The notes under the pieces: generated by a model
Told to the model about the DNA's origin: nothing
The model's input: the letters and a program-made list of their open reading frames with translations, nothing else
The model's database searches: none
Assembly (NCBI GenBank): GCA_051294375.1
Contig: JBJCIZ010000408.1
Coordinates: forward strand, 24,148 to 88,147
From: Paraspadella gotoi
Lineage: Eukaryota; Animalia; Chaetognatha
Direction: 5' to 3'
DNA length: 64,000 bases
Program-made: the position numbers and the translations under genes
Part shown: positions 1-12,464 of the stretch, piece by piece
Layout: each line of letters begins with the position of its first letter
Position numbering within the stretch: the stretch's first letter is position 1

Positions 1-973
1 ATTAATTTGCATATTTTTTTCAATTTGTATAATTTTTAAACTTGCATAATTTTTTTCAACTTGCCAAATTAGATTATAGTACTTTTCATTAATGTTCTTG
101 ATAGTAAGGTCTGGCGAGATCACTATACTTTTAAGATTTTATATCTGTCGATAGATGGGGGATTGTTAAATTTTTATTTGTTACGAGATAGTCTCTCGGT
201 TGTCTTCTCACACCCTTTTTATTATTGAATTCGTATTTTTTGTTGCTTACGAAGTATCTGATTGATCAAGTATTTAACATGTCACTCTCTGATTGGTAGT
301 CCTTATGATGTACCTTAACCAAAGATATAATAGAGACGTGCTTACCTAAGACTAAGAGGATAAGTTACCAATGATTCGTGACAGTCGTAAGTATTTAAAA
401 TGATATTTTGTAATTGTATGGTTAAACGTAAAGTTGTCTATTTTTAATAAGTTCTTTTTTTTTGTATCTTTAGAAATAGTCTCCCTTCGACTTGCTTTAT
501 GTATCCTTTCTACTTGCTTCACGTCTCACGCTCATGTTATGTCTATTACAATAAATATTACTAAATTTATATACTTCGAATTTCTATAAATGAAAAGCAA
601 GTCAGAATACACTAGCTCGCTGACAGCGTTACGGTAAAATCCTCAATAAAAATATTATATAATATATTCTATAAAAGTTTCTTATTTTTTTATGGCGAAT
701 CCAAATCTGTTCTTTAATATAAAATAAAATATTTTAAAATTTTATGATTTTATAAAGATACTACTACATAAATAATTGAATTTACTATACTGTTATGCTT
801 CAAAAAATTTTCGAAGTATTTAAAATTCCTTAATTACATGTCCAATGGACATGTAATTAAGGAATTTGTCCATAGGCAGCAAAAAGATAATATTCAATCG
901 CTCAATATTTTCATCGCTCCACCCTATTGCGCAATATGTACATATTTTTTATTTAAAAACATTAACCTCTTAG

Positions 974-1141
974 GTGAATATTCTCCTCCGCCATCCTCAA
1001 AGACTTCCTTCACGTCTCCTGCATCTCCGTCCACCCTTGCCGCTCCAGGCCTTGCATCCCCATCCACCACCCCAACCTCTAATCACAACAATACCCGTCA
1101 CTCAACGACTTCGTCTCCTATTCATCGCATCTCTCCTGGAG
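974..1141 (+). CDS. Internal coding exon (phase 1-1) of an unidentified Ser/Pro/Thr-rich protein
   Basis: GC-richer island bounded by CTCTTAG acceptor (ends 973) and GAG|GT donor (1142); 168 bp, open: (G)EYSPPPSSKTSFTSPASPSTLAAPGLASPSTTPTSNHNNTRHSTTSSPIHRISPG. Phase compatible with the terminal exon at 23684/31885. Confidence 0.6.
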
Positions 1142-1495
1142 GTTTTCAAGAAGGTTATAATATTGATATTAAGAGCCAAAGTGGTCTGCATCAAACTGAA
1201 AAATTGTTTTGTCCCACTTTATCTAATTTTTAGCCAGATCTGCTTATAGCAGATTTCGGCTCTATAGTTAGGGGGAGGAGCAATACCTAAAATAAAACTA
1301 TTTTATTTATTATCCCATCGGAATAAATAAACTGTAATATGCAAATTAGATCGAACAAAACTAAAACTTAAAAAAATGGAAGTTTTAGATCAACCATGAT
1401 AAATAAAGTCAATATGTAATGCTAAACTAATTCTAAGTAATCTAGACTAGCTAAATATCATCTAAACTATCCACTTTTATAAAATAATTTTTGTA

Positions 1496-1630
1496 GGAGA
1501 GAAAAAGTTTTTCGCGAAACGATTAATTTTATTTGTAATAAAATCGGACATGTGTCAACTCGATTTTGAGCGTTTGAAATCACAAATTTTTATTTTTCAC
1601 AAACATCAAGTTAGTGAGAGAGAAAGAGAC

Positions 1631-1663
<33 letters not shown>

Positions 1664-2187
1664 GAAAGAAATAATAGGAGAGAGTTTCCAACAAAAAATT
1701 CAGTAAAGGATAGTGGTCAGATGCCAGCTCATTTTGAGCTCTTTTCTTTACTTATTTTTACTTACCTTTATTTTATCTATCCCTCAACTATTCTTCTATT
1801 TCAATTTCATTACTTTCATTACTTCAAAATTTTATAAACATCAGCTAATTTATTAATTCTTTGTTGTGTTAAGTTTTTCTCATTCATCATTGTTGTACAT
1901 TACCAAATGCATTATTTTCTCTGTAACTCTTTCTCTCTCTCTCTCCCTCTTTTTCACCAGTTTCAAATTCACTCTCCCTTCTTCCCTTTCCTCATCTTTA
2001 CCTGTCCTCACATCTGACCACTATCTTTTACTCCTATTCTTTCCCTCTGTCTCTCTCTCACCAACTTGATGTTTGTGAAAAATGAAATTTATGATTTCAA
2101 ACGCTGATGACTCGAAATCGAGACAAAATATCCGATTTCATTACAAATAAAATTAATTGTTGTTTCGCGATAAACTTTCATCTCTCT
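1496..2187. mobile_element. MITE with ~130-bp imperfect terminal inverted repeats, TA-flanked (Tc1/mariner-type non-autonomous)
   Basis: 1496-1620 (GAGAGAAAAAGTTTTTCGCGAAAC...CACAAACATCAAGTTAGTGAGAG) is the reverse complement of 2050-2187; TA on both sides; non-coding interior with (AG)n/(CT)n. Confidence 0.8.
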
Positions 2188-3399
2188 TAAATCTAAACAA
2201 ACAACTAAAAGAAAGGCTAAATACAATGTATAAAATAATAAAATAAATAATGCCCTTCATAGGTCATTGACCAAAATAGATTTTTCAATTTTCACGAAGT
2301 CCTACTGTTCCAACAATTGTATCGTTTTTTTTATGATACATTTGAATTAATTTCGAATTTTCCAACTATTTTGATATTTCGATATAGGGTCCCACCCCTC
2401 GATTTTTTCTCGCTGATTTATTTACTCTTGCATTGGCCGGCAAATATTCTTAGATTAGGGTTTCCAAATCTCAACGTAAATGTCAAATGATGAATAAATT
2501 GTAAATAAGTTTATTTTCATAGATAAATGTTGTAAAATATATTTGTTTAAAAAATCCTTGGATTCCGTAAAAACTACGGTTTTATACAGCTGATATTTTA
2601 TAGAGAAACAATTATGATTGGATAACTAGTGACGAGGTTTTTTGCCGAAAGAAAGCCATAAGAACGGTGAAAAGACTATGACCAGGGAAAAATGACCGAA
2701 CGCAAGGTCCCAAAATCTTTTAATAACTTCGTAATTATTTCTCATGGTAAAAGCAGAAAAATCTGAAAACTTTTTATTTGTTTACAAACAACGATTTATT
2801 TAAAATGGACATGTTTTGGCTCTAATTGCGAGATTTAATCAGCGCAAAATACGAGAGAGGAGAGTGAAAGAGTGTGAAAGAGAGAGTTTGAGAGCGAGAG
2901 ATAGAGAGAGAGAGAGTGTGAAAAAGATAGAGAGAGAGTGATACAAGAAAAGTTTTAAATTCAAATAAAGAGTTTTAGAGTGGACAGATATTAGTGATGA
3001 GTACAGCTGAAGATAAGGTCAGAGAGGAATGGAAGAACAAAGTCGTGCCGAATTTTCCATCTCCAAGAGGCATAATGGTATTAATCAATAACAAACATAA
3101 GATGGGAGGCATTTTTTATGATATTTTCCTAGATGTAATACTTTAGTATCTAAAATGTAAGTGTAAGTTAAATTCGAGAACTTGAAAACATTTTTTTAAC
3201 AAAACAATTGAAGAGCCTTTTGTTTTCAGATAGTTTCGCTAGGGAAATAACAAAGAAATAAAGAGAAGGATAAATTCATATTAATTTTAATCAGTTTCTT
3301 AAAAATAATTCGCTGTGAGCAAAGAGTTTTGTGAGCATATAGTTCGTCTAATTGTTATGCTAATTATTTTATAAAATGTTAGGTTAACGTCTAAAATTT

Positions 3400-3625
3400 A
3401 CGTCCCCGCGGAATCTAGCGGTTGCTCCGATCCCTACTATAGTAACTTTTGTCGGTTCGTCCTGCCGTCCGCCCCCCCAATCTTACTCGGGCATTTCACT
3501 TGTATCATGTCAGAACATCGAATTATAGATAAATTTATGCAAAAAAATGACATGTCCCATTCCGTCCGTCTGTCGCCCTCCCAGTGGAAATGTCAGTTAA
3601 AATGCGAAAAAGCCAAAAACAAAGT
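3400..3625 (+). mobile_element. Degraded 5' fragment of Helentron-associated element family 1
   Basis: Diverged match to 9178-9340 (CTTTTGTCGGTTCGTCC...TATCATGTCAGAACATCGAATTAT...CCGTCCGTCTGTC). Confidence 0.6.
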
Positions 3626-5002
3626 TTAATTAGATATTGATATTCTACAGCGTCAAAAGTCTAAGCTAGCGCATCTGGCGACGATTAAAAAGCGTGATGC
3701 GGCGACCGACGACGACTACAAAGAAGCTCTTCTGCAATCTTTCTCTCGCCAATGCACGGGCTTAAGCCGTCTGCGCGAGATAAAAAATCCACAAAAATCT
3801 AGAATGTAAATTGGGATTTTGTATTGAAGAAAAAGCGCGGAATAAATGGCGATAAAAGTTTTTAGAAGAAAAAAAAATTTAACAAAGAGAAAGACGAGAG
3901 AGATATGGAGAGAGAGAGAAAGAAGAGTAGCAGCAAAAAGCTTGGCACCGCCGCTTCAGAGCGAACTTCGTTTTTAGACGAATCTGAATAGGGTAAAACT
4001 CTTTTTTCCTTTCTATAATATAAATATTAAAAAATAAACTACATTTGGGTATAGACATATTTAAGCAAATGTTTTGTACATTGAAAGTAAATCTTTAAAA
4101 AAATGTTATTAATATTTTCGTTTGAGCATAGGTTTCTCATCAAAATTTTGACTCAACCCACTGCAGAGGGTGGACCACATTATTCAGAAGCAAAAAGAAA
4201 TTCTATAAAAGTTATAAGATCTCGGCCAAAGAAATAGTATTAATGAAAAAAATACTATAATCTAATTTGCATTATTGCAAGTAAATCATAATGAAGTGGA
4301 AAATTCAAACCAAAACATATACTGAATCGATATGAAACAAGAGAAAATGGACACCACATTTCAACTTCCTCACTGCCCTTCACTTAATGACAACTTAAAT
4401 AACCTAGAAAACATTTGTTTTGGCCGTAGTAACAACCATAACCGGCAAAGTAATACGGCAAGTAAAAAAAATGCATCGCTTACTATAGCATTACTAGCAT
4501 CCAAATTGTTGAACAAAAAAAATTTAAGCGTTTTTTAACAACAACATATGTATTGAATTTTCAAAACATAGCTTAGTCTTTACGTCATTTTACTTCTAAT
4601 TTCTGTTTAATGATTATGTCAATACTGTTTTGAGGTTATTAATAAAAAAAAAAAAAAAAAATAAAAAAAAAAAAAATTTGGACAGAGTTTGAAAAAGATA
4701 TCCGTACCGGCACATAAACTCTGGTATTAAATATGATTTGTTTAACTTTATTCATTATATCTCTTATTGATATAATTCAATTAATTCACATTACATATTT
4801 ATTTGAGACCAGAACTTGTATTGCCTAGCATTATATACAAAAAGTTTAAAGTATCTTGGCTAAATAACAATTTTCCTCTGAGATGCTCTGTGTCAGTATC
4901 TGTTAATACTAAAATATGCGATTAATAAAAGTTTTTAGAGCAGAAGCGTCTAAAATACTAATCAGAATTTTTCAAAAAACAAACAATCGCGCAAGAGATA
5001 GT

Positions 5003-5249
5003 GCGATGATTGTCATTCATTAATGCGATGATAATCATTCATTGATGCGATGATAATCATTCATTGATGCGATGATAGTCATTCATCGATGCGATGATAA
5101 TCATTCATTGATGCGATGATAATCATTCATTGATGCGATGATAGTCCTTCATTGATCGGATGATAATCATTCATTGATGCGATGATAGTCATTCATCGAT
5201 GCGATGATAGTCATTCATTGATGCGATGATAGTCATTTATTGACGCGAT
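5003..5249. repeat. 22-bp minisatellite (GCGATGATAATCATTCATTGAT)n, about 11 copies
   Basis: Directly visible tandem units with few substitutions. Confidence 0.95.
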
Positions 5250-5341
5250 GAGTCAATTAGAGAGAGAGAGACAGAGAGTGTACGAACACTAGCGGGTTCG
5301 TGCGACTTCTAAATCGGGAATCTAATTTGACGCCGTCGATC

Positions 5342-5377
<36 letters not shown>

Positions 5378-6203
5378 CTGCCCCGAAACGGCCACGAAAT
5401 CCAGGCCAAGTAAGTTATTGTATTTTGGGATTTTGTATTGAGAAAAATGCGAAGAATAAATGGCGATAATAAAAGTTTTTAGAAAGAAAAAATACAATAG
5501 AATTTTTTGTCAAAAAACAAAAATCGGTCATACGCAGAATCGTACAGATGAGACGCAGACACACACAGAGAAGACGGAGGAGAGACGGAGAGAGAGAAAA
5601 GAGAGAGCGAGGACACTGAAGTCGTTTTTTAAACGATTCAGAAAAGGCAGCGCCTGATCAGAAAAAAAAATTTTAGAAAGAAAAAAATAATCAGTATTGT
5701 TCAAAAAACGAACGATCACGCAAGAGATCGTACAGAGAGAAACAGACACACACAGAGAGAGACAGAGAAAGACGGAGAGAGACGGAGAGAGACGGAGAGA
5801 GAGAGAGAGAGAGAAAGAGCCTGAACTCGTTTTTAAACAATTCAGAAAAGGCAGCGCCTGATAAAAAAAATTTTTAAATTTTCTTTTTTATACAATAACA
5901 AAAAGAAAAAAAAGAAAGAAATATATATAATTTGAAGAAATAAAAGAAAGGCAAAAAATGTTACAATTGGTTACAATTGGAAATTATACAATTTTTTTCC
6001 AATCATAGCTTGTAAAAGATTTTATTTTTATTTGTATTAAAATTAAGATATAGCTTCTTATTAAAAAGGTTTTTTGATTTCACATGTTTATTATAGATTC
6101 AAAGATTTTTTTATGAATTTCATCTTCAATATTATTTACTGCAATATGTAAATTAGATTTTGTGATTAAACTTTGTTTCGTTATGTTTTGAGATATTTGA
6201 AAT

Positions 6204-6349
6204 CAAAGTCTTGATACATCAACGATTTTATTTTTATTGATCAGACAAATTTCGACTTTCATTCAAGCACTGATTAAGGCTTGAATAAAAACCGAAACTT
6301 ATCTGATCAATAAAAATAAAATTGTTGATGTATCAAGACTTTGTCTTTA
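6204..6349 (+). mobile_element. Penelope-like pLTR fold-back mini-insertion with mutated hammerhead core and 9-bp TSD
   Basis: Inverted arms 6204-6268 / 6279-6343; centre reads CTGATTAAG-GCTTGAATAAAAACC-GAAA-CTTA-TC-TGA (hammerhead pattern with CTGATGA changed to CTGATTA); ATTTGAAAT repeated at 6195-6203 and 6350-6358. Confidence 0.7.
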
Positions 6350-6591
6350 ATTTGAAATAAGTAAATTAGATTAAAGTATTTCTATAAACTAATTTGGATA
6401 TTATAATGAGTACTATAATCTCATTTGCATATTGCAGTAAATCATAATGAAGTGGAAATTCAAACAAAAAATACTTAAATCCAAATGTAATATTTAAATT
6501 TCAAAGCTATTTCAAAATGAGAAGCCATATCTAAATTTTTAACTTACTATGATTGCACACTTTTATAAAAATTCATCGTAATTCATAGTTC

Positions 6592-7728
6592 TTAGTCGGA
6601 TCTGCTTATCAGCAGATCCCGACTCTATTAATTCACTTTGTCGGTCCGTCGGTCCGCCCCTCAATATGTTGGGCACTAACTATATTCATGTCAGACATCG
6701 AATTATGATAAATTATGCCAAAAAAATTGATGTCCGTCCGTCCGTCCGTCCATTCCTACCATAGCACAAAACACCATTACTCCGTGATTGGATGGGATGG
6801 ATTGAATAAATTTTGTGTGTGGGTAGGGAATTGTCGTGATTGAGTGGGATAAAGTTCATGGAATCGTCCGAGTGGAAATGAGTTTAAACGGAAAAAACAA
6901 AAATATAATTCACTATTTGAACACCAATTGCTCTATGAGTGGATGGGGCGATGACCTGGAATTTTTGTATGTTAAGTAGGAAAGTGTTTGTTGAACAGAG
7001 AAACCAGTTAAGATAGAATCATTTGAGTGGAAATGAGTTTAAATGAAAAAAACAAAAAACCTGTTTCACTAATTGATTATGATTTTTTTCCTTTTATATT
7101 AAATGTATATGCAGGATGTATTAATAAATCAAATAATTAATCAGTTAATTAATCAATTAGTCAATTAATTAACACTAATTAATTCAATCAGTCAATCAAT
7201 CCTCCATCCTGCCCACCTTAGCAAAAGCCCCAATAACTCGTGATTGCGGTTGGATTGGAATGAAATTTTGTGTGTGGGAGAAAAATTTGTGATAAAGCTG
7301 GATATAAAGTTTCGACGGAATCGTGTGAGTGGATATGAGTTTAAATGGAAAAAACATAAGTCGGCATTTACAAAAATCATTTTACTTATTTTAGGCCAAT
7401 AAATACTCTTAATTATTAATAATTGGATGGATAGATTGTGTTCAAATTTTGTGTGTGGGTAGGAAAATGTGTGACGAAGCTTGATATAAAGTTTTCGGTG
7501 GAAACGTGACAAGCGGAATAAGTTTAAATGGAAAAAATATGAGTCACGATTTTTACTTGCAATCTTTATATTTTATGATTTACTAATAAATGTTTTAATT
7601 AATTAATTAAATAATGTGAAAAAATGATGAAATTTAAAAAAAATTAATGCAAGTTGAAAAAATTATGCAAGCAGAAAAAATGATGCAAGTTAAAAAAATC
7701 TTAAAAGCATAAGCATCGTCGCAATTGC

Positions 7729-7760
<32 letters not shown>

Positions 7761-7830
7761 GAGAAAGAGATAGATATATGTTGCGATAGCAAAATGATAA
7801 CATGCACGAATGCGATGCCTAATTTTACGA
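6592..7830 (+). mobile_element. Helentron-associated non-autonomous element (DINE-1/HINE-like), family 1
   Basis: 5' hairpin AGTCGGATCTGCT-TATC-AGCAGATCCCGACT, (GTCC)n microsatellite, ~120-bp internal repeats (ATTGGATGGATGG...AAATTTTGTGTGTGGGTAG...GTGGAAATGAGTTTAAATGGAAAAAA). Near-identical to 9178-10410. Confidence 0.7.
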
Positions 7831-10309
7831 GTTCAATCCTTTTTCAATTTTTTTTGTTTAATAAAAGTAGGGAAGTCTGGTGTTAAGCGTCAGAGATAAA
7901 AATTAGCNNNNNNNNNNNNNNNNNNNNNNNNNNNNNNNNNNNNNNNNNNNNNNNNNNNNNNNNNNNNNNNNNNNNNNNNNNNNNNNNNNNNNNNNNNNNN
8001 NNNNNNNAACATAAGTCGCATTTACTAAAATCATTTTACTTATTTTAGCCAATAAATACTCTAATTATTAATAATTGGATGGATAGATTGTGTTCAAATT
8101 TTGTGTGTNNNNNNNNNNNNNNNNNNNNNNNNNNNNNNNNNNNNNNNNNNNNNNNNNNNNNNNNNNNNNNNNNNNNNNNNNNNNNNNNNNNNNNNNNNNN
8201 NNNNNNNNNNNNNNNNNNNNNNNNNNNNNNNNNNNNNNNNNNNNNNNNNNNNNNNNNNNNNNNNNNNNNNNNNNNNNNNNNNNNNNNNNNNNNNNNNNNN
8301 NNNNNNNNNNNNNNNNNNNNNNNNNNNNNNNNNNNNNNNNNNNNNNNNNNNNNNNNNNNNNNNNNNNNNNNNNNNNNNNNNNNNNNNNNNNNNNNNNNNN
8401 NNNNNNNNNNNNNNNNNNNNNNNNNNNNNNNNNNNNNNNNTTTATTATTTATGATTACTAATAAATGTTTTAATTAATTAGTTAAATAATGTGAAAAAAT
8501 GATGCAATTTAAAAAAATTAATGCAAGTTGAAAAAATTATGCAAGCAGAANNNNNNNNNNNNNNNNNNNNNNNNNNNNNNNNNNNNNNNNNNNNNNNNNN
8601 NNNNNNNNNNNNNNNNNNNNNNNNNNNNNNNNNNNNNNNNNNNNNNNNNNNNNNNNNNNNNNNNNNNNNNNNNNNNNNNNNNNNNNNNNNNNNNNNNNNN
8701 NNNNNNNNNNNNNNNNNNNNNNNNNNNNNNNNNNNNNNNNNNNNNNNNNNNNNNNNNNNNNNNNNNNNNNNNNNNNNNNNNNNNNNNNNNNNNNNNNNNN
8801 NNNNNNNNNNNNNNNNNNNNNNNNNNNNNNNNNNNNNNNNNNNNNNNNNNNNNNNNNNNNNNNNNNNNNNNNTAGCAAAATGATAACATGCACGAATGCG
8901 ATGCCTAATTTTTTTTGTTTAATAAAAGTAGGTAAGTCTGGTGTAAAGCGTCAGAGATAAAAATTAGCGAATAAAAAAGTGGTTANNNNNNNNNNNNNNN
9001 NNNNNNNNNNTCATATTGCAGTAAATCATAATGAAGTGGAAATTCAAACAAAAAAAACTTAAATCCAAATGTAATATTTAAATTTCAAAGCTATTTCAAA
9101 ATGAGAAGCCATATCTAAATTTTTAACTTACTATGATTGCACACGTTTTATAAAAATTCATCGTAATTCATAGTTTTTAGTCGGATCTGCTTATCAGCAG
9201 ATCCCGACTCTATAATTCACTTTGTCGGTCCGTCGGTCCGCCCCCTCAATATTTTGTGGGCACTAACTTATATCATGTCAGAACATCGATTATGATAAAT
9301 TATGCAAAAAAAATGATGTCCGTCCGTCCGTCCGTCCATCCTACCATAGCAAAAACACCAATTACCCGTGATTGGATGGATGGATTTGAATGAAATTTTG
9401 TGTGTGGGTAGGGAATTGTGTGATTGAGCTGGATATAAAGTTTCAATGGAATCGTCCGAGTGGAAATGAGTTTAAACGGAAAAAACCAAAAAATATAATT
9501 CACTATTTGAACACCAATTGCTCATGAGTGGATGGGGCGATTGACCTGGAATTTTGTATGTTAGTAGGAAAGTGTGGTGATTGAACAGGAAAACAAGTTA
9601 AGATAGAATCATTTGAGTGGAAATGAGTTTAAATGGAAAAAAACAAAAAACCTGTTTCACTAATTGATTATGAATTTTTTTCCTTTTATATTAAATGTAT
9701 ATGCAGGATGTATTAATAAATCAAATAATTAATCAGTTAATTAATCAATTAGTCAATTAATTAATCACTAATTAATCAATCAGTCAATCAATCCATCCAT
9801 CCTTCCCACCTTAGCAAAAAGCCCCAATAACTCGTGATTGGCCGGTTGGATTGGAATGAAATTTGTGTTGGGTAGAAAATTTGTGATAAAGCTGGATATA
9901 AAGTTTCGACGGAATCGATGTGAGGATATGAGTTTAAATGGAAAAAACATAAGTCGCATTTACTAAAAATCATTTTACTTATTTAGCCAATAAATACTCT
10001 AATTATTAATAATTGGATGGATAGATTGTGTTCAAATTTTGTGTGTGGGTAGGAAAATGTGTGACGAAGCTTGATATAAAGTTTCGGTGGAAACGTACAA
10101 GCGGAAATAGTTTAAATGGAAAAAATAGAGTCACATTACTTGAATCTTTATTATTATGATTACTAATAAAATGTTTTAATTAATTAGTTAAATAATGTGA
10201 AAAAATGATGCAATTTAAAAAAATTAATGCAAGTTGAAAAAATTATGCAAGCAGAAAAAATGATGCAAGTTAAAAAAATCTTAAAAGCATAAGCATCGTC
10301 GCAAATTGC

Positions 10310-10343
<34 letters not shown>

Positions 10344-10512
10344 GAGAAAGAGATAGATATATGTTGCGATAGCAAAATGATAACATGCACGAATGCGATG
10401 CCTAATTTTTTTTGTTTAATAAAAGTAGGTAAGTCTGGTGTAAAGCGTCAGAGATAAAAATTAGCGAATAAAAAAGTGGTTATTTTACTCACTGAATAAA
10501 ATACCTAAAATA

Positions 10513-11105
10513 CTATCTAGGAAAAAAGTTAGAAACATTTTTTTTTTAAAAGTTCATTTATTCAATAAAAAATATACAAAACATGGGTAAAACATTCTCA
10601 ATATTTGGTATGCCCTCCCTCGGCATCGACCACTGCCTGCATTCGTCTGGGCATGCTCTCGTAAAGCGAATTGAGGTACGAAGGTGAAATGTTTTTTCCA
10701 CACCTTTAGCGCAATTCAAGTCTATTGCTGATGAATTGTTGCGTCTTTCCCTCTTTTCTCAGAGCTACAATTGCACCTTTATGAACCAAAGAGAGGGGCT
10801 GTCTATTCGGCATAACCAAATTTTAAAAAAATGAAAAAAATAACTAACTCAATTTGAAATAGAAACAAATAACTCAATACCAAGAATTGTGGAAACTAAA
10901 GGCGATTTTTTCCGCCATTTTTCACTTGAGGTAGCAATCTTATTTTGCCTCTAACTTCTATACGGTGGATCTACGAAAAAATGGAAGGAAGCAACTGAAA
11001 GGAAATTTAGTGTAGAATCTGAAACATCCTGATTTTTTAAAAATCGAGCAAGTTTTCGAGTAGATATCCTCAATTAAAAATGTTTCTAACTTTTTTCCTA
11101 GATAG
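10513..11105 (-). mobile_element. Internally deleted Tc1/mariner (Tc1-type) DNA transposon, 593 bp
   Basis: TIR CTATCTAGGAAAAAAGTTAGAAACATTTTT at 10513 and its exact reverse complement ending 11105; TA target duplication at 10511-10512 and 11106-11107; transposase remnant inside. Confidence 0.93.
10598..10813 (-). pseudogene. Tc1 transposase remnant: N-terminus fused to extreme C-terminus
   Basis: MPNRQPLSLVHKGAIVALRKEGKTQQFISNRLE (start of paired-like HTH) joined to VWK/NISPSYLNSLYESMPRRMQAVVDAEGGHTKY*, the canonical Tc1 C-terminal motif; DDE core deleted. Confidence 0.9.
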
Positions 11106-12170
11106 TACTTACAAAATACATAAAATTGATAAAATTATTATTCCGATAACATGTTCAATCACATGCAATATATCTAGTAAGGCGGGCCAAAATTGAACAC
11201 TTTCTATAACTTCTAGTTCTCTCAAAAAAATTCCTTTTTCCTTCTACTACTAAATTGATTTTCAATGTAACTTTTTGAATTAGTTCATTGGGTTGTTGCA
11301 CTTTTAAATATTTATTAATATATAATAATTATATAAAGTTTTGACGGAATTGGTGCCAGTGAAATTGAGTTTAAATGGAAAAAACATAAGTCACATTTAC
11401 TTGAATCTTTATTATTAATGATTACTAATAAATGTTTTAATTAATTAATTAATTATTGTGAAAAAATGAAGCAATTTAAAAAAATTATACAAGTTGAAAA
11501 AATGATGCAAGTTAAAAAAATCTTAAAAGCATAAAGATCGTCGCAATTGCATAAAAAAAGAGAGATGGAGAGAGAGAGAAAGAAAAGGAGACATAAAATA
11601 AATAGAGGATATTTGTTTGTTTTGATAAAATGTAAACAAAACATATTTAATAACTGTCCTGACCCAATTTTAAGGACATCGATGATGATAAGCTTTAAAT
11701 AAATTTATAATTAATTATTAAATATTAAAATTAATTAATTAAAATAATCGATTAATTAATTATTTAATTAATTAATTAATTTTCGTAGGCAGATCCGACA
11801 TTGTTCAAACTTGTTTTTTTTTAACTGTAAGTCCCAGCCAAAACTATAAAAGCGTAGTATTTTTATAAGAAAAAAGTGTGACGACGATGACGACGACGAC
11901 GACGACGACTACGTCACAAAGAAGTGTCCCCTTCGCATTATCTCGCAAGATTCCTTGGCGAGATAAAAAGAGAGAAAGAGAGAGCTAAATATAATTAAAA
12001 GAGAGAGAGAGAGAGAGAAGCTTGACAGTCGCTGGACAGCTGCTGGACAGCCGCTGCAGAGGTTTTTACACGAATCAGAAGCAGCAGCGACGGAGAAAAA
12101 GAGAGAGAGAGCGATATATGATTAAAAGAGAAAGACAGAAGCTGAACAGCCCCTTTACTCGTCCGGTAGT

Positions 12171-12225
12171 GCCCGAGGTAGCGCGATCTCCTCCCAATCC
12201 AAAGGATTCGGGTTCACGCCCTTCT
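12171..12225 (+). mobile_element. tRNA-derived SINE head / degenerate tRNA-like sequence
   Basis: A-box-like TAGTGCCCGAGG, CCTCCCAATCCAAAGG, B-box-like GGTTCACGCCC; similar to the head at 41272-41344; no complete acceptor stem. Confidence 0.5.
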
Positions 12226-12464
12226 GATTCATAAAAGAAAAGCGAAAAAAAGTGAATAAAAATATTTTTTTAGTAAAAAAAAAGAGATAGAGAGAGATAG
12301 AGAGAGAGATAAAGAGAGAGAGAATGATAGAGTGAGAAAGAGAGAAAGAGAGAGAGAGAGAGAGAGAGTTTTCCCGCCAACGAGACGCATTATTAGGTCA
12401 CTCTCGTTTATATCCGTTATCTGTTGCCTCGCAATGGCGGCGTGATCTCGGTCATGTTGATTTT

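Larger units (their letters stand above)
9178..11815 (+). mobile_element. Helentron-associated element family 1 with both ends (composite, contains nested Tc1)
   Basis: T-run then 5' sub-TIR GTCGGATCTGC within a hairpin, (GTCC)n, central repeats, and 3' sub-TIR GCAGATCCGAC (11789-11799) followed by a short tail and T-run, matching the DINE-1/HINE layout. May be two fragments rather than one copy. Confidence 0.65.

Noticed and set aside
2099-2125. AAACGCTGATGACTCGAAA, hammerhead-like core
   Set aside because: Only 3 nt between CTGATGA and GAAA (no helix II) and no helix I partner; it is a small indel variant within a MITE TIR.
2978-3078. Possible phase-0 exon SGQILVMSTAEDKVREEWKNKVVPNFPSPRGIM
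   Set aside because: Phase incompatible with the exon at 974-1141, weak acceptor, no recognisable motif.
5003-5249. Regular repeat array as CRISPR
   Set aside because: No unique spacers and no cas genes; eukaryotic minisatellite.
8079-8893. ORFs of 115-132 aa
   Set aside because: Composed of N gaps.
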